DNA from: an uncultured Nitrososphaeraceae archaeon | Lineage (GTDB): Archaea; Thermoproteota; Nitrososphaeria; Nitrososphaerales; Nitrososphaeraceae | Direction: 5' to 3' | DNA: 64,000 nt | NCBI GenBank assembly: GCA_963837175.1 | Contig: CAWIMJ010000034.1 | Span: 64,001-128,000, forward strand | Shown here: positions 11,224 through 21,503 of the stretch, piece by piece | How the letters are laid out: every line of letters starts with the position of its first letter | Numbering within the stretch: position 1 is the first letter of the stretch | The notes under the pieces: model-generated | The model's input: the letters and a program-made list of their open reading frames with translations, nothing else | The model's database searches: none | Told to the model about the DNA's origin: nothing | Translations under genes and position numbers: made by a program

Positions 11224-12250
11224 GGCTTTAGCATATTTTTAATTATCTATTTACTTTAAATTCTCAATTTTCGCTATTCATGATTGATAAGTTAATGTTA
11301 TTAAGAATCATTTGATTTTTAGTGTCTATTATTTGCTTATTCTATATTACTAAGTAAATTACTGGGGCCGCAAATTTATGTCCATAACGGTTCATAAACA
11401 CCAATTAACTTATGGTTAAAGTTTATCAGATCTGATCTGTTCTGACTTGCAAATCATTGATATGGATTTCATTCTTTTGTTCTATTTTAGGTCGTCAACA
11501 GTTGCCAATGAATTTTCTCTAAGTTAATACACTTTTGCTATGATTATATTCCCTATATTATCTAAAATATTATGTAGATCAAACTGCCAATACTTTCTAC
11601 ACTCATCAAATTATCTATGCTTGATTAAATTAAAATACTACATTATCATCTACATCCAAACGCAGTTCTCTCCGTGATAATTTTGCTCCTTCACGGTGCG
11701 CTTCTAATACTGTTTCTTTAAAATTGAGTTCTTTTTATCTATTATACTGTCAATATGTTCTTTAATTTCATTGACTTGCGGTTCAAATCTCCTATTATAA
11801 AATTGGAATATCAGTGATATTGCTTTCATCCTTTGCATATCATGTGTCTTGAAGTCATCAACAGTTACGCAACGCTTCTTGATAGAAGATTTGATGAAGA
11901 AAATGACTATCTTAAGAATGAAATTAATCTTAATATGAAGAACCTTGATCAAATAGAAACCTTGCTTTTAGGTTCAGTACCTTCCTATAGATAGTAATGA
12001 GATCATAAAAACCACAGTGTAGATATAGATGCATAGATAAGGTATTGATTAATTTGTGGACATATCACTACAATGCTGTTTTGATTACAAGATATTAAAA
12101 ATAAATACTAAACCCCTCTACCAATAAGGTTCAAACCCGACTGAACGCGGTTAGGTAGAGCAAGTTAGACCAATCCTAGCTAATATCATTATAATAAACA
12201 CATGAGTTTTAACAATACATTAGAGTGCGACCTATGAAGATATGTAAAGT

Positions 12251-12424
12251 ATCGCCGGTATCCCCGAATCCCCGGAATAACCAAAATTGAGTTTAATTTT
12301 CTCATAATAATACCGGGGATATTATATTTCAACAAACATAATATCACCGGAATATTCCCGGACAAAATTAAGAAAATTCACGCTCAAAATTATCAATCCG
12401 GCGATACCGGTGATTCCGGGGATA
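12251..12424. repeat. Inverted arrays of 9-bp-period ATC(G/C/A)CCGG repeats (iteron-like)
   Basis: atcgccggt/atccccgaa/tccccggaa at 12251-12277 face ccggcgata/ccggtgatt/ccggggata at 12398-12424, with extra internal copies. Confidence 0.6.
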
Positions 12425-12660
12425 TTATACATACATCTTTTAGTTCTACAGCTGTTAAGTTATAGTGTAATTCGTCAGTACAACATAATTTGTATTATGT
12501 TAAGAGCTAATTTCAAAAGAAACTCACTACAATATTTAGTATATACATGACAGGACTATTATAGAGCCTATGAATTCAAATACTGTGTATTGGTAACAGT
12601 TGGAAACAGATGATAACAGAGATAATGAAGCTATAGCAATGATAACAAAATTGGTATCAC

Positions 12661-13680
12661 ATGATGACAATAACAATAGCTTTATGCTTCCATCATACTA
12701 TAACTCTTGAAGATACAAAATATATGACGATATTAACAAGACAGGAGAAGGAAAGACTTGTAATAGAGCATTACAATCAAGGTAAAACTTATCGCGAAAT
12801 ATCTAAGGAGGCAAGAATATCTCCACGTGATATAGGAGTTATTTTGAATAAGATAGTTGAAGAGAAGACTGAAGGATTGAAAGAAGAACAAGATAATATT
12901 GAGTCTGAGAAAAACCAAGAACAACGGTTATCTCTTTTCACACAAGCATACAAACTCTTTTCAGAAAGTAAGACTCCATTAGAAGTATCAATTGAATTAA
13001 ACCTAAGAGAGTCAGAAGCAACTAAATTCTGTAGAGAATATTGGAAGCTAAAACAACTACACAATCTAAATGTGGTTTATGAAGAGATTAAAGATGGTAT
13101 TGAACCATTTCTAAGGTTATATAAATTAGCCAAGGCAAAAGGTTTCGGAGTCAAGCAAGTTGTTGACATTCTTGCAATCACAAACAACGATTTACCAGCT
13201 ATTGAAGAGCGATTTAAAAGACTAAGAACTGACGAAAGTATACTGCAAGCTCAAAAACATACATGTAAGAGAAATTTATACCAATTGAATAATCAAATAG
13301 CATCAACAACCAGACTCTTGAGCTCTTTTCGTATATCTTGTGAAAGAGAAAGAAGAGAGATAGAAAATCTCAGTAACGAAAAGGCAAGACTTCAGGATAC
13401 TATAACAGAATTTAAGAACAGTAACGAAGAATATCTTGATAAAATCAAACAGGCAGCTGAAGAAAGTGTGAAAACTGTTTTAACTAACGGTAAATTACTC
13501 TTACAATTTGCTATTGCTTCAATAATAGAATCACTAAGAATAAACCCTGAAATATATGATTTTGTATTAAGTGATGAAATGTATGCTACTTTCATATTAG
13601 AAGAGGCTGAAAAGCTTTACAATAAATTAACAACAAAACTGACAAATGATATTATAGCCGCTGTAGCTCTTAGGGAATAA
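12661..13680 (+). CDS. HTH plus coiled-coil hypothetical protein (paralog 1)
   Basis: N-terminal YNQGKTYREISKEARIS HTH. Closely similar to 25447-26439. Confidence 0.75.
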   Translation: MMTITIALCFHHTITLEDTKYMTILTRQEKERLVIEHYNQGKTYREISKEARISPRDIGVILNKIVEEKTEGLKEEQDNIESEKNQEQRLSLFTQAYKLFSESKTPLEVSIELNLRESEATKFCREYWKLKQLHNLNVVYEEIKDGIEPFLRLYKLAKAKGFGVKQVVDILAITNNDLPAIEERFKRLRTDESILQAQKHTCKRNLYQLNNQIASTTRLLSSFRISCERERREIENLSNEKARLQDTITEFKNSNEEYLDKIKQAAEESVKTVLTNGKLLLQFAIASIIESLRINPEIYDFVLSDEMYATFILEEAEKLYNKLTTKLTNDIIAAVALRE

Positions 13681-13822
13681 TCATCATCATCTCATCTGTA
13701 GAAGTCTCTTTGTATACTTCTATTCCTATTTTATTTTGTAATTGCTGTATCTGTCTATCTTCTTCATTTATTTGCTATTTTGTTTTATAAAATTTCCTTA
13801 GAAACTCAACTTCCAACACGAA

Positions 13823-14353
13823 TTGAGGAACTTCAGCTATCCAGAAGATTATAATAGTTATCAGACATACTACGAGAGCTACCTTAAAATCTACTCTCCA
13901 TCGTCATATATCATGAATAAAATATTTTACCTGTTGGTGGCTTCAGGTGTAGTCATATTTGTGGGGACTATGATAATGTATGCAGTGGAATCAGGAGCAG
14001 AGAATACAAAAATGAAAACCCCTCTAGACGCTTTGTGGTGGTGTATTGCTACTGTTACCACTGTGGGATATGGCGATGTTGTTCCAGTTACCGGTTTAGG
14101 AAGAATTGTGGCAATAGTCTATATGTTTTTTGGAATAACCTTAATTGCCATCTTGCTTGCTGTTATTTCCAACACATTCTACAAGAAAAGAATCGAGAAT
14201 GAAGAAATAGAAAAGAAGAAACAGGAGATGCATTACCTTAGGGATTTGGTCATAAGCAGACTTTCAGACATAGAAGGAAAACAGTCAGAATGCATTGAAC
14301 TAGTCAATCGGCTCAGTTCATCTATTGAAAACAATAGCAAATATGAAAATTAA
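13823..14353 (+). CDS. Two-TM potassium channel (KcsA-like pore); probable start at 13913
   Basis: ALWWCIATVTTVGYGD selectivity filter. Confidence 0.9.
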   Translation: MRNFSYPEDYNSYQTYYESYLKIYSPSSYIMNKIFYLLVASGVVIFVGTMIMYAVESGAENTKMKTPLDALWWCIATVTTVGYGDVVPVTGLGRIVAIVYMFFGITLIAILLAVISNTFYKKRIENEEIEKKKQEMHYLRDLVISRLSDIEGKQSECIELVNRLSSSIENNSKYEN

Positions 14354-14553
14354 GTACCGATTTGAGGAGAACTTTAAGGAACTATTGTTTGATATCACTG
14401 TAGAGGTAATGCAAAGAAACTAGAACAACTAACAAACAGCTTGATCATTGGTTGAGGTTTTGTCTTCTTTCATTTATTTTCTACTATCTATAAGATACTA
14501 GACAAGTTTATTGTTGGCAGTAAAGAAATGTATTACTTCTATCCTTTCGCTCG

Positions 14554-14889
14554 TTAGCCTTTGATAAATCCAAGAGTAAATCCAGCTGACATACTGCCAG
14601 TTAATGGAATACCAAAGCTAGTCATTGCCAATGAAGAGACTGTTGCAGGAGCATGTACTTTGCTGCTATTATTACCGCTAATACCTGAAATCTGTGTTAT
14701 TGCATTTGAAAGGGTTGTAATAGCACCTTCGGATAGTGTTTGAAGTTTATTCCAGTTTATGTTAGCTATCTGATGATATTGCAGGTACGCTAATCTAGCT
14801 AGAAATAATCCTACTATTACAGCTACAATTTTAATTACTTTCTTCAAGGCATATCCAACTAAGATACCTACAAAGAAGCTGCCGCCCAT
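14554..14889 (-). CDS. FUN14 domain protein (5' end possibly eroded)
   Basis: GG.F..G.LVGYALKKVIK at the start and G...GFTLGF at the end. Confidence 0.75.
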   Translation of the reverse strand: MGGSFFVGILVGYALKKVIKIVAVIVGLFLARLAYLQYHQIANINWNKLQTLSEGAITTLSNAITQISGISGNNSSKVHAPATVSSLAMTSFGIPLTGSMSAGFTLGFIKG

Positions 14890-15414
14890 AGTAGCTGCAG
14901 TTAGTCCCAGGCTTTCAATGCAAAGAATCTCTTAAAGAAAATTCACAGAATTTCCAATAGGACATTTGTTATTATCGATGAAATTCTAACTAGACATCTA
15001 GACATTAACGATGAAGACACATGATTCGAACAGGAGGAAATGGAAAATGCCATCATAATGAGAATTCACCGGATGAGGAGTGAATGATTGATAAGCAATC
15101 TTAGTAATGGTTCTAGTCTAGACGAAATAATACAAGTAAAGCAAGAAGAATATCATCCAAATCTGCACGAAATGCATGATACCATAACCACAGCCTGTTA
15201 TTATCTTTACTAAACAGGATTGTCTTTGGAGGTTCGTTGTAGCTCCATTTTAAGCGCACACGGTTATGACGTACAAAACTTGCATTCATTAAAACCATAA
15301 TGCGAAGCAAATTATACATTCTTTGTTGAATATAGGTCTAATGATTAATCAGATAACTATCTGAATGGTTTGACCTAAAGTGGGTAATTCAATACTTTTT
15401 TATACAATAAGGAT

Positions 15415-17757
15415 TTGCATACACCGTTGGCGCTATTAGATGAAATAAAGAGCATCTGTTCCCGGTTAAGCTCTCATGGATGGAGAGATCTTCTTTTGCA
15501 ACATGATCTAGATATTACTGCAGAGGATCTAAAAAAAGAACTTTTAAATGAACTTCCATCAATCAACCGACAGATAGAGGGATTTGAAGATTTTGCTATA
15601 GAAGGTAAACGAGGCATTGAACCAGGTAATCCTGCTCGTAGCTTACTTTTTCATGCCCTAGCATCTCCAAATGTTATAAAAAAGGCTAACGGACAAGAGC
15701 TTGATGCCTTTCCTACATTGACAGAAATCAAGAAGGTTGAGAATTTTGTATATGCAATACAACCACCATCATTGCAACAATTAAGGAATAAAGCTAAAGA
15801 AATTGTCCACCTAGTTAACGGACAGGGAAGTGGGAATAATTTGGAAGAAGCAACAATGGCAGTTGTTGTATTTTCTTCAGAATACCGGCCTGCCGCAGAA
15901 ACAGTACATCAAAAACATGCTGATATGTGCTATTCAAGATCTGGAGTTGCAAGAGTCGGCACAGATGAACCATTATACGATAATCGCAGGAGAGGCTTTC
16001 TTCCAATTGTAAATAATAAACACAATGCATTTAGAGTTCTACCCGCTCAATATGATGCCTATATTGCAATTCAACTTACTGGTAATAAAGATATATTTGG
16101 ACCATTGCACTATAGATTAAATCGTATTTCAGATGCAGAAAGTAAATTTTGGGTTCCTCTTCATAAGCTTTTCAGTGGAAATGAATGCTTAAAGGATATC
16201 AATTTGAGCGTAGATCTCAGAGCATTCCATAAAAATGAAAAAATAAAACGAATACATTTGGCGTTACAAAAGATCATAAATTATCCAAAAATCAATGACA
16301 CGACACTAAATAATCCACCATATACTTTTTCAGAAGGTATTGCAGAATTTTCTGCTAATGTGGAACATGGAGATGGACTTTTAGTTCCTGTGTCTCATAG
16401 TCCAATGGTTGAACCAGCTAGAGACAATGGAAAGCGACTTACGTTTCTTGTCCCTCCAGAGCGTGATAAGGATTCCATATTTGAATATCTTGACTCAAGT
16501 CTTAAACTGAATAAAGGACTAGGTATTCCTGGTGCTCCGGAATATGTACATGTTAGACACATGGTTGATGACAATGAAAATATTATGAATTTAAATCTCG
16601 AAGATAATATGATGGCTCTAATTATGGCAGGAGGTTATCAAGCTCAACATTACCATGATTTTACTGGTGATGGCTGGATTGAAGCATCAATTCCTGAATT
16701 GATTTCTCAAGATGAAACATCAATACCACCAAACAAATTTAATATGATTTCAGCTTATTCTCTGATAACTGCCCCTGATTTTTTTACTAATGTGGATCAA
16801 GGGGAATTGAGGAGGTGGTATGATAAACTCGATTCAAATTTGCAAGATCCCAAATGGGTAGAGCAACTTGAAACATTATCAGACCAAAGCGACGTTCCTC
16901 CCAATTTAGATTTAAAAAAGTCTAAAGATGGAAATCTTAAGAGGATATTTAACCCTGATGACAAAACTGCTACAGCCATAGTCTCATTACCGTTAAAAAG
17001 AATTGAAAGACAAATACCTGACTCATTATTAAAAACGATGAGACACTCCTATCTACCCGATGCAGCATCTGGCTATTTTGCTCCTGGATGGGATATAGGT
17101 ATTGATGAATCACATCCTAGTAATCCATATCTTGCTTCTTATACTCTTGGAAGTCCTTTTCCTGAAGATTCTAAACTTTGTGCAGCATTATCTGCGTTTT
17201 GGCCTGCTGTTGCACCAGATGCAGGCCGTAGTTTCTGGTGGGAAGTTAGAAAAGGAGTTTTTCCAACTAGGAGCCCTCTAACAGATGAAGAAATTGGATC
17301 GGTTGGAGATCGTGGTTGGGATGGATTTAGTGGTCCCCAATTGATCTCCGATACTGAAACAAGTGAAATTATAGAATATCATGCAAGCGAGTATGTAGAC
17401 TATGTTGAAAGTGCTCTCGAAAATAAATTCTCACTAAATCTCACTATTAATGTGGATAATGATGAATACCAGAAAAGAATAAAGGCAATGGCAAGAGCAT
17501 ACCTAGCTTGTAGAGCCCCAGACGAATCTTCTCAAACTCGTTCTCCCGTTCTATCGTTTCGTAAAGTATCATCAAATGATTTGCAATTAAGAGAAGCTCA
17601 AGAAAGATTTGGAAACCCAATAAATGGAGATATATTTAGAATTGAAATTGTAAGAGGACAACGAGAAATTAAAATTCAAAAGGTAAGGTTGAAGATATCG
17701 AAAAAATTTGTTTGTTTTGTAGGAAATGATAACATAGGTACTGGTAAAAGAAAATAA
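15415..17757 (+). CDS. Divergent LodA/GoxA-like CTQ-dependent oxidase (putative)
   Basis: GVARVG, HDFTGDGWIEA, AYSLITAPDF and PFPEDSKLC...FWPAVAPD parallel the LodA-family motifs in order. Next to a LodB-like flavoprotein. Confidence 0.65.
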   Translation: MHTPLALLDEIKSICSRLSSHGWRDLLLQHDLDITAEDLKKELLNELPSINRQIEGFEDFAIEGKRGIEPGNPARSLLFHALASPNVIKKANGQELDAFPTLTEIKKVENFVYAIQPPSLQQLRNKAKEIVHLVNGQGSGNNLEEATMAVVVFSSEYRPAAETVHQKHADMCYSRSGVARVGTDEPLYDNRRRGFLPIVNNKHNAFRVLPAQYDAYIAIQLTGNKDIFGPLHYRLNRISDAESKFWVPLHKLFSGNECLKDINLSVDLRAFHKNEKIKRIHLALQKIINYPKINDTTLNNPPYTFSEGIAEFSANVEHGDGLLVPVSHSPMVEPARDNGKRLTFLVPPERDKDSIFEYLDSSLKLNKGLGIPGAPEYVHVRHMVDDNENIMNLNLEDNMMALIMAGGYQAQHYHDFTGDGWIEASIPELISQDETSIPPNKFNMISAYSLITAPDFFTNVDQGELRRWYDKLDSNLQDPKWVEQLETLSDQSDVPPNLDLKKSKDGNLKRIFNPDDKTATAIVSLPLKRIERQIPDSLLKTMRHSYLPDAASGYFAPGWDIGIDESHPSNPYLASYTLGSPFPEDSKLCAALSAFWPAVAPDAGRSFWWEVRKGVFPTRSPLTDEEIGSVGDRGWDGFSGPQLISDTETSEIIEYHASEYVDYVESALENKFSLNLTINVDNDEYQKRIKAMARAYLACRAPDESSQTRSPVLSFRKVSSNDLQLREAQERFGNPINGDIFRIEIVRGQREIKIQKVRLKISKKFVCFVGNDNIGTGKRK

Positions 17758-17763
17758 TAAAGA

Positions 17764-18816
17764 ATGGGACAAGATAGTGATAGAGTAAACCCTAGACCGA
17801 AAGTCATCATCATAGGCAGTGGCCCATCTGGTTCTGCTGCTGCCATTTGGGCTGCAAAACTAGGATTTAGAGTTATTCTACTGGAATCATCAATATTTCC
17901 GCGACATAGACCTGGTGAAACATTGCATCCGGGTCTAGAAAGTATATTTAAAATGCTAGAAGTAAATGACGAAATTGATAAAGAAAAATTCTATCGTCAT
18001 AGTGGTATCGCGGTACAATGGAACTCTGAATGTAAACTAGTACCATTTGGTAAAGATAATAATGGATGTTGGCTTGGATATCAGGCATTACGTTCTAAAT
18101 TAGATTATATTCTTCTTAATCATGCTAAAAAATTGGGTGTATCCGTATTACAACCATGCCATGCAGTCAATATAATTTGCAACTCAAATAAAATCATAGG
18201 AGTAATAACATCAGAAGGTAATTTTCAAAGTAATTTTGTTATTGATGCTGGAGGAAGTGCACACTGGCTTGCCAGAAAAATTGATCTTAAAATATCAAAA
18301 TACTCTTCCAATCTTATTGCCTTCTATGGCTATGCAAAAGGCACTTGTGATTTTAACCATAATAATCCACATTTAAAGGCTGTAGATAATGGTTGGATAT
18401 GGACAGCAAAAGTAAATCAAAATCTTTATCAATGGACGAGACTTTTATTTAATGATAATACAATATCTAAAAATTGGTTGCCAAAAGAACTAAATAAGCT
18501 AGAACCTCTGGGTCCTATTCTAGGATCAGATGTAACATGGCGTCTTGTTGATAGACCGTCGGGATTAGGATATTTTATTACTGGTGACGCCGCAAGTGTT
18601 TTGGATCCTGCATCATCCCATGGTGTTCTGAAAGGAATGATGTCAGGAATAATGGCAGTACATACCATAAATAGAATTATCGATGATGGCATTCCAATAA
18701 ATCTTGCTATAAGAAAGTATAATGAATGGTTATCTGAATGGTTTTTTTATGACTATACCAAACTAAAAGAGTTTTACTTAACTCATCCAACACCTCCAAA
18801 ATGGCTAATAAATTGA
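17764..18816 (+). CDS. FAD-dependent oxidoreductase, LodB/GoxB-like (halogenase/monooxygenase fold)
   Basis: IIGSGPSG, PGETLHPG, VIDAGG, GWIW and GDAASVLDPASSHG. Starts 6 bp after the upstream stop. Confidence 0.85.
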   Translation: MGQDSDRVNPRPKVIIIGSGPSGSAAAIWAAKLGFRVILLESSIFPRHRPGETLHPGLESIFKMLEVNDEIDKEKFYRHSGIAVQWNSECKLVPFGKDNNGCWLGYQALRSKLDYILLNHAKKLGVSVLQPCHAVNIICNSNKIIGVITSEGNFQSNFVIDAGGSAHWLARKIDLKISKYSSNLIAFYGYAKGTCDFNHNNPHLKAVDNGWIWTAKVNQNLYQWTRLLFNDNTISKNWLPKELNKLEPLGPILGSDVTWRLVDRPSGLGYFITGDAASVLDPASSHGVLKGMMSGIMAVHTINRIIDDGIPINLAIRKYNEWLSEWFFYDYTKLKEFYLTHPTPPKWLIN

Positions 18817-18967
18817 ATTAATAAATATATCTACTATCCCACATCCCCACCGAATTCGTAGACTTTACAAACATGAATGAGGTATTTTATAATTTTATAA
18901 TGTATTATTAAAGGAGTAATATTATGGCCAAGAAGCATTTTGTAATAGATCTATTCATATAAATTTA

Positions 18968-19547
18968 TTATTTTGTTCTTTGATAAGGTAACAATGGAAG
19001 TCGATTACTATGCACCTTGTCTAGTTGTTGGAATGAAAAAAGGGAGCAATTACATTTTAAAATTCTGGTATTCGTTTCTCCATTAAATGTACTCTCTGAG
19101 ACAAATTTACTTGCTTCATCTTCATTTTCTGCATCTATGATCTCTCTCTTCTTTTTGATCAATTCAATACTGTCTCTGGCTGTTTTTCTTACTTGACCAT
19201 CTGGATCATTTTCAGCAACCATCTTAAGTTCATCAATTACAATAGTATTATTAGTATATGCAAATGCCCTGCCAAAAGCTGCAGTTGCATTATTTCTGAC
19301 CTGAACTGATTGATCATCGTACAGTAGTGTCTTTAAATGATTAAATCCTGGATTTTTTATATTTCCATTTTGATCTGCAACGAAAAAGCCTAATTCAGAG
19401 GTGGCGGTTCTTCTTTTTCTTTCATGATTCCATAGCTGCTATTATTTATTAATAGTATCGTGACTCGCGTTATAACTTCCTCGTTGTTAGACGTAGTGCC
19501 AAGAATTCTTAAACCGGTAATAGCTCCTCGGGCAACAAGATCTCGGA
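18968..19547 (-). pseudogene. HEAT-repeat C-terminal fragment, paralogous to the aminopeptidase remnant at 9.7-11.2 kb
   Basis: LVARGAITGL and VAENDPDGQVRKTA match LLARGAIDGL and VAEHDLDGWVRREA in the other copy. Confidence 0.65.
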
Positions 19548-20058
19548 ATGTATACCTTAAGGAAAATTTATTCACGTTATATTAAATCCCAATTAGAACA
19601 AAATAATGAGATTGTTTTAATCATTCCATATTATGAAACTACCAATAGCGTCAGACATATTTTATCTAAAAACAAAGAGGCTAATGATAGTGATAATGAT
19701 CTTCCTTACATTCATGTGCAAAAATATGAGAATGAAGGATCTCTTATAATTATAGATTCAGCAAAAGCATATTTTGGATGAGATAGGACTTGAGTTATTT
19801 ATTCAGAAACTAGTAAAGCAAGCAGAGAGTATAGGTAAGAATGGTGTTTCTGTACTCACTGATTCTGGGTCTTTTTCTCTCTTTGGAGGAAGAGAGAAGC
19901 TAGTAGATTATGAACTATCATTACCATCGAAATATCCTCATGGAACTAAGTTGAAAAGGTTTTGTATTAATAATAAAAAAGAATTCGAAGAGCTTATCCA
20001 AGAGCAAAAAGAAAAATTAATTGAACATCACCGTAAGAATATAGTCATAGATAATTAG
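19548..20058 (+). pseudogene. MEDS (DcmR sensory)-like domain protein fragments
   Basis: NNEIVLIIPYYET, GSLIIIDS and LVDYELSLP..KRFC in two frames. Confidence 0.55.
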
Positions 20059-20373
20059 AAGGAAATCTTGATTGAATATATTTATACATATTTACCAATA
20101 ACAATTAGTCTATTGATTTAGATCTATGGCAGTACTATGCGTACACCCTATATTAAGCAGGTTTATAACTTTGTAATAATTGAACGAAACAAAGCTAAGA
20201 ATCCTTATATATAAATTTTCAAAAGAGAATTGGAGAATTACAGCAATTCGAGGGTATTGTACAATTGAACTCTTCTTTGATGTAACTCAATAATGAATAA
20301 TTCTAGAAGTATTAAGATTTTAAGTATATACTCATTAAACAATTTAAATATATACTCTCTATAAATAAAAACG

Positions 20374-21495
20374 TTGACAGAAAATAAGAATATCGGAAAC
20401 CTTATACCGTTAAGAGGGAACATATCTAAGATTTTAAAAGAAGAAAGAAAGGTATTGAGAGATGCATTTATCAAATTAAATACGAACCAGTTCGTATATC
20501 CTGGAGGTAGAAATGATAAACCATTTATTGGAGGGATAACTTATTGGTTTAAACAAGACGAAATTCATCAGGCCACACATGTGCATCATGGTCCTGCATT
20601 CCTCCCATGGCATAGAGAGTTAATAAATAGATTTGAAATGCATCTAAGAATGGTTAATAGAAATACTTCTCTTCATTATTGGGATTGGAATGAAGATCCA
20701 GAAAACACTATTGACTCACAAGGTAAGCCAATAAATCTTTTTAAAGATGAATTTATGGGTAATTCTATTGGCGAGGTAGGGCAGCCATGGCTAAAAGCAA
20801 AATTCTATGATCCGGATGCAGAACAGTATAGAGCCGACGATCCATTTGATAAAGAACATAGCAATCCGTTTGATCCGCCAAAACATTTAAGGAGACAAAA
20901 ACAAAAAGGAACACTAAAAGAATTTATGGAATCAGATGGTGCTCATTTTTACACAGATGAAGAAATAATTAGTTCTGATACATTTACAGAAATGCGGATA
21001 AAATTAGAAGGTGTTCATGATTATGCTCATGGCTATATTGGTGGACATATAGGTGAACTTCATACCGCATTTCGAGATCCTTTTGTATTCTTAATACATT
21101 CAAATGTAGATAGATTATTTGCAGCTTGGCAACTTGCAAGTGGACATGAATCTAGGTTGGATCCGCAATATGTCTATGGAGACGAGAAGAATTCTATGTC
21201 ACTAGGATCTACTTCACCTCATGTAATTGTTGGACTACAAAGTTTATTATCGCCCTGGGCAGGCGTGGGTTATCCATTTGAAAGAAGACAAATTGAAAAT
21301 GAATTATCACTTAAAGAAGAGCCTGGCGTGAATGATGTAAGGCCATGGGCTTATCCTGACAATTGGCATAGAAATCCAAAATCTCCAGCTGAAAAGCCAA
21401 AGAATTCCTTGGACCAATCGGTGGTTGTACCTGCTACTCGATATAATAGCTATCCATCTGGTTTCAATTATAATTTCAATATTTTTAAGGAATAG
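20374..21495 (+). CDS. Tyrosinase-family type-3 copper protein
   Basis: CuA EIHQATHVHHGPAFLPWHR and YWDW; CuB HDYAHGYIGG...DPFVFLIHSNVDRL. Confidence 0.92.
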   Translation: MTENKNIGNLIPLRGNISKILKEERKVLRDAFIKLNTNQFVYPGGRNDKPFIGGITYWFKQDEIHQATHVHHGPAFLPWHRELINRFEMHLRMVNRNTSLHYWDWNEDPENTIDSQGKPINLFKDEFMGNSIGEVGQPWLKAKFYDPDAEQYRADDPFDKEHSNPFDPPKHLRRQKQKGTLKEFMESDGAHFYTDEEIISSDTFTEMRIKLEGVHDYAHGYIGGHIGELHTAFRDPFVFLIHSNVDRLFAAWQLASGHESRLDPQYVYGDEKNSMSLGSTSPHVIVGLQSLLSPWAGVGYPFERRQIENELSLKEEPGVNDVRPWAYPDNWHRNPKSPAEKPKNSLDQSVVVPATRYNSYPSGFNYNFNIFKE

Positions 21496-21503
21496 AAAAA
21501 AAT

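Noticed and set aside
10797-11234. 145-aa minus-strand ORF and similar short antisense ORFs (e.g. 23408-23737, 58123-58428)
   Set aside because: They are shadows of recognisable genes on the opposite strand.
17764-18816. Flavin-dependent halogenase call
   Set aside because: GWIWTAK lacks the full WxWxIP motif, and the context favours a LodB-like maturation flavoprotein.
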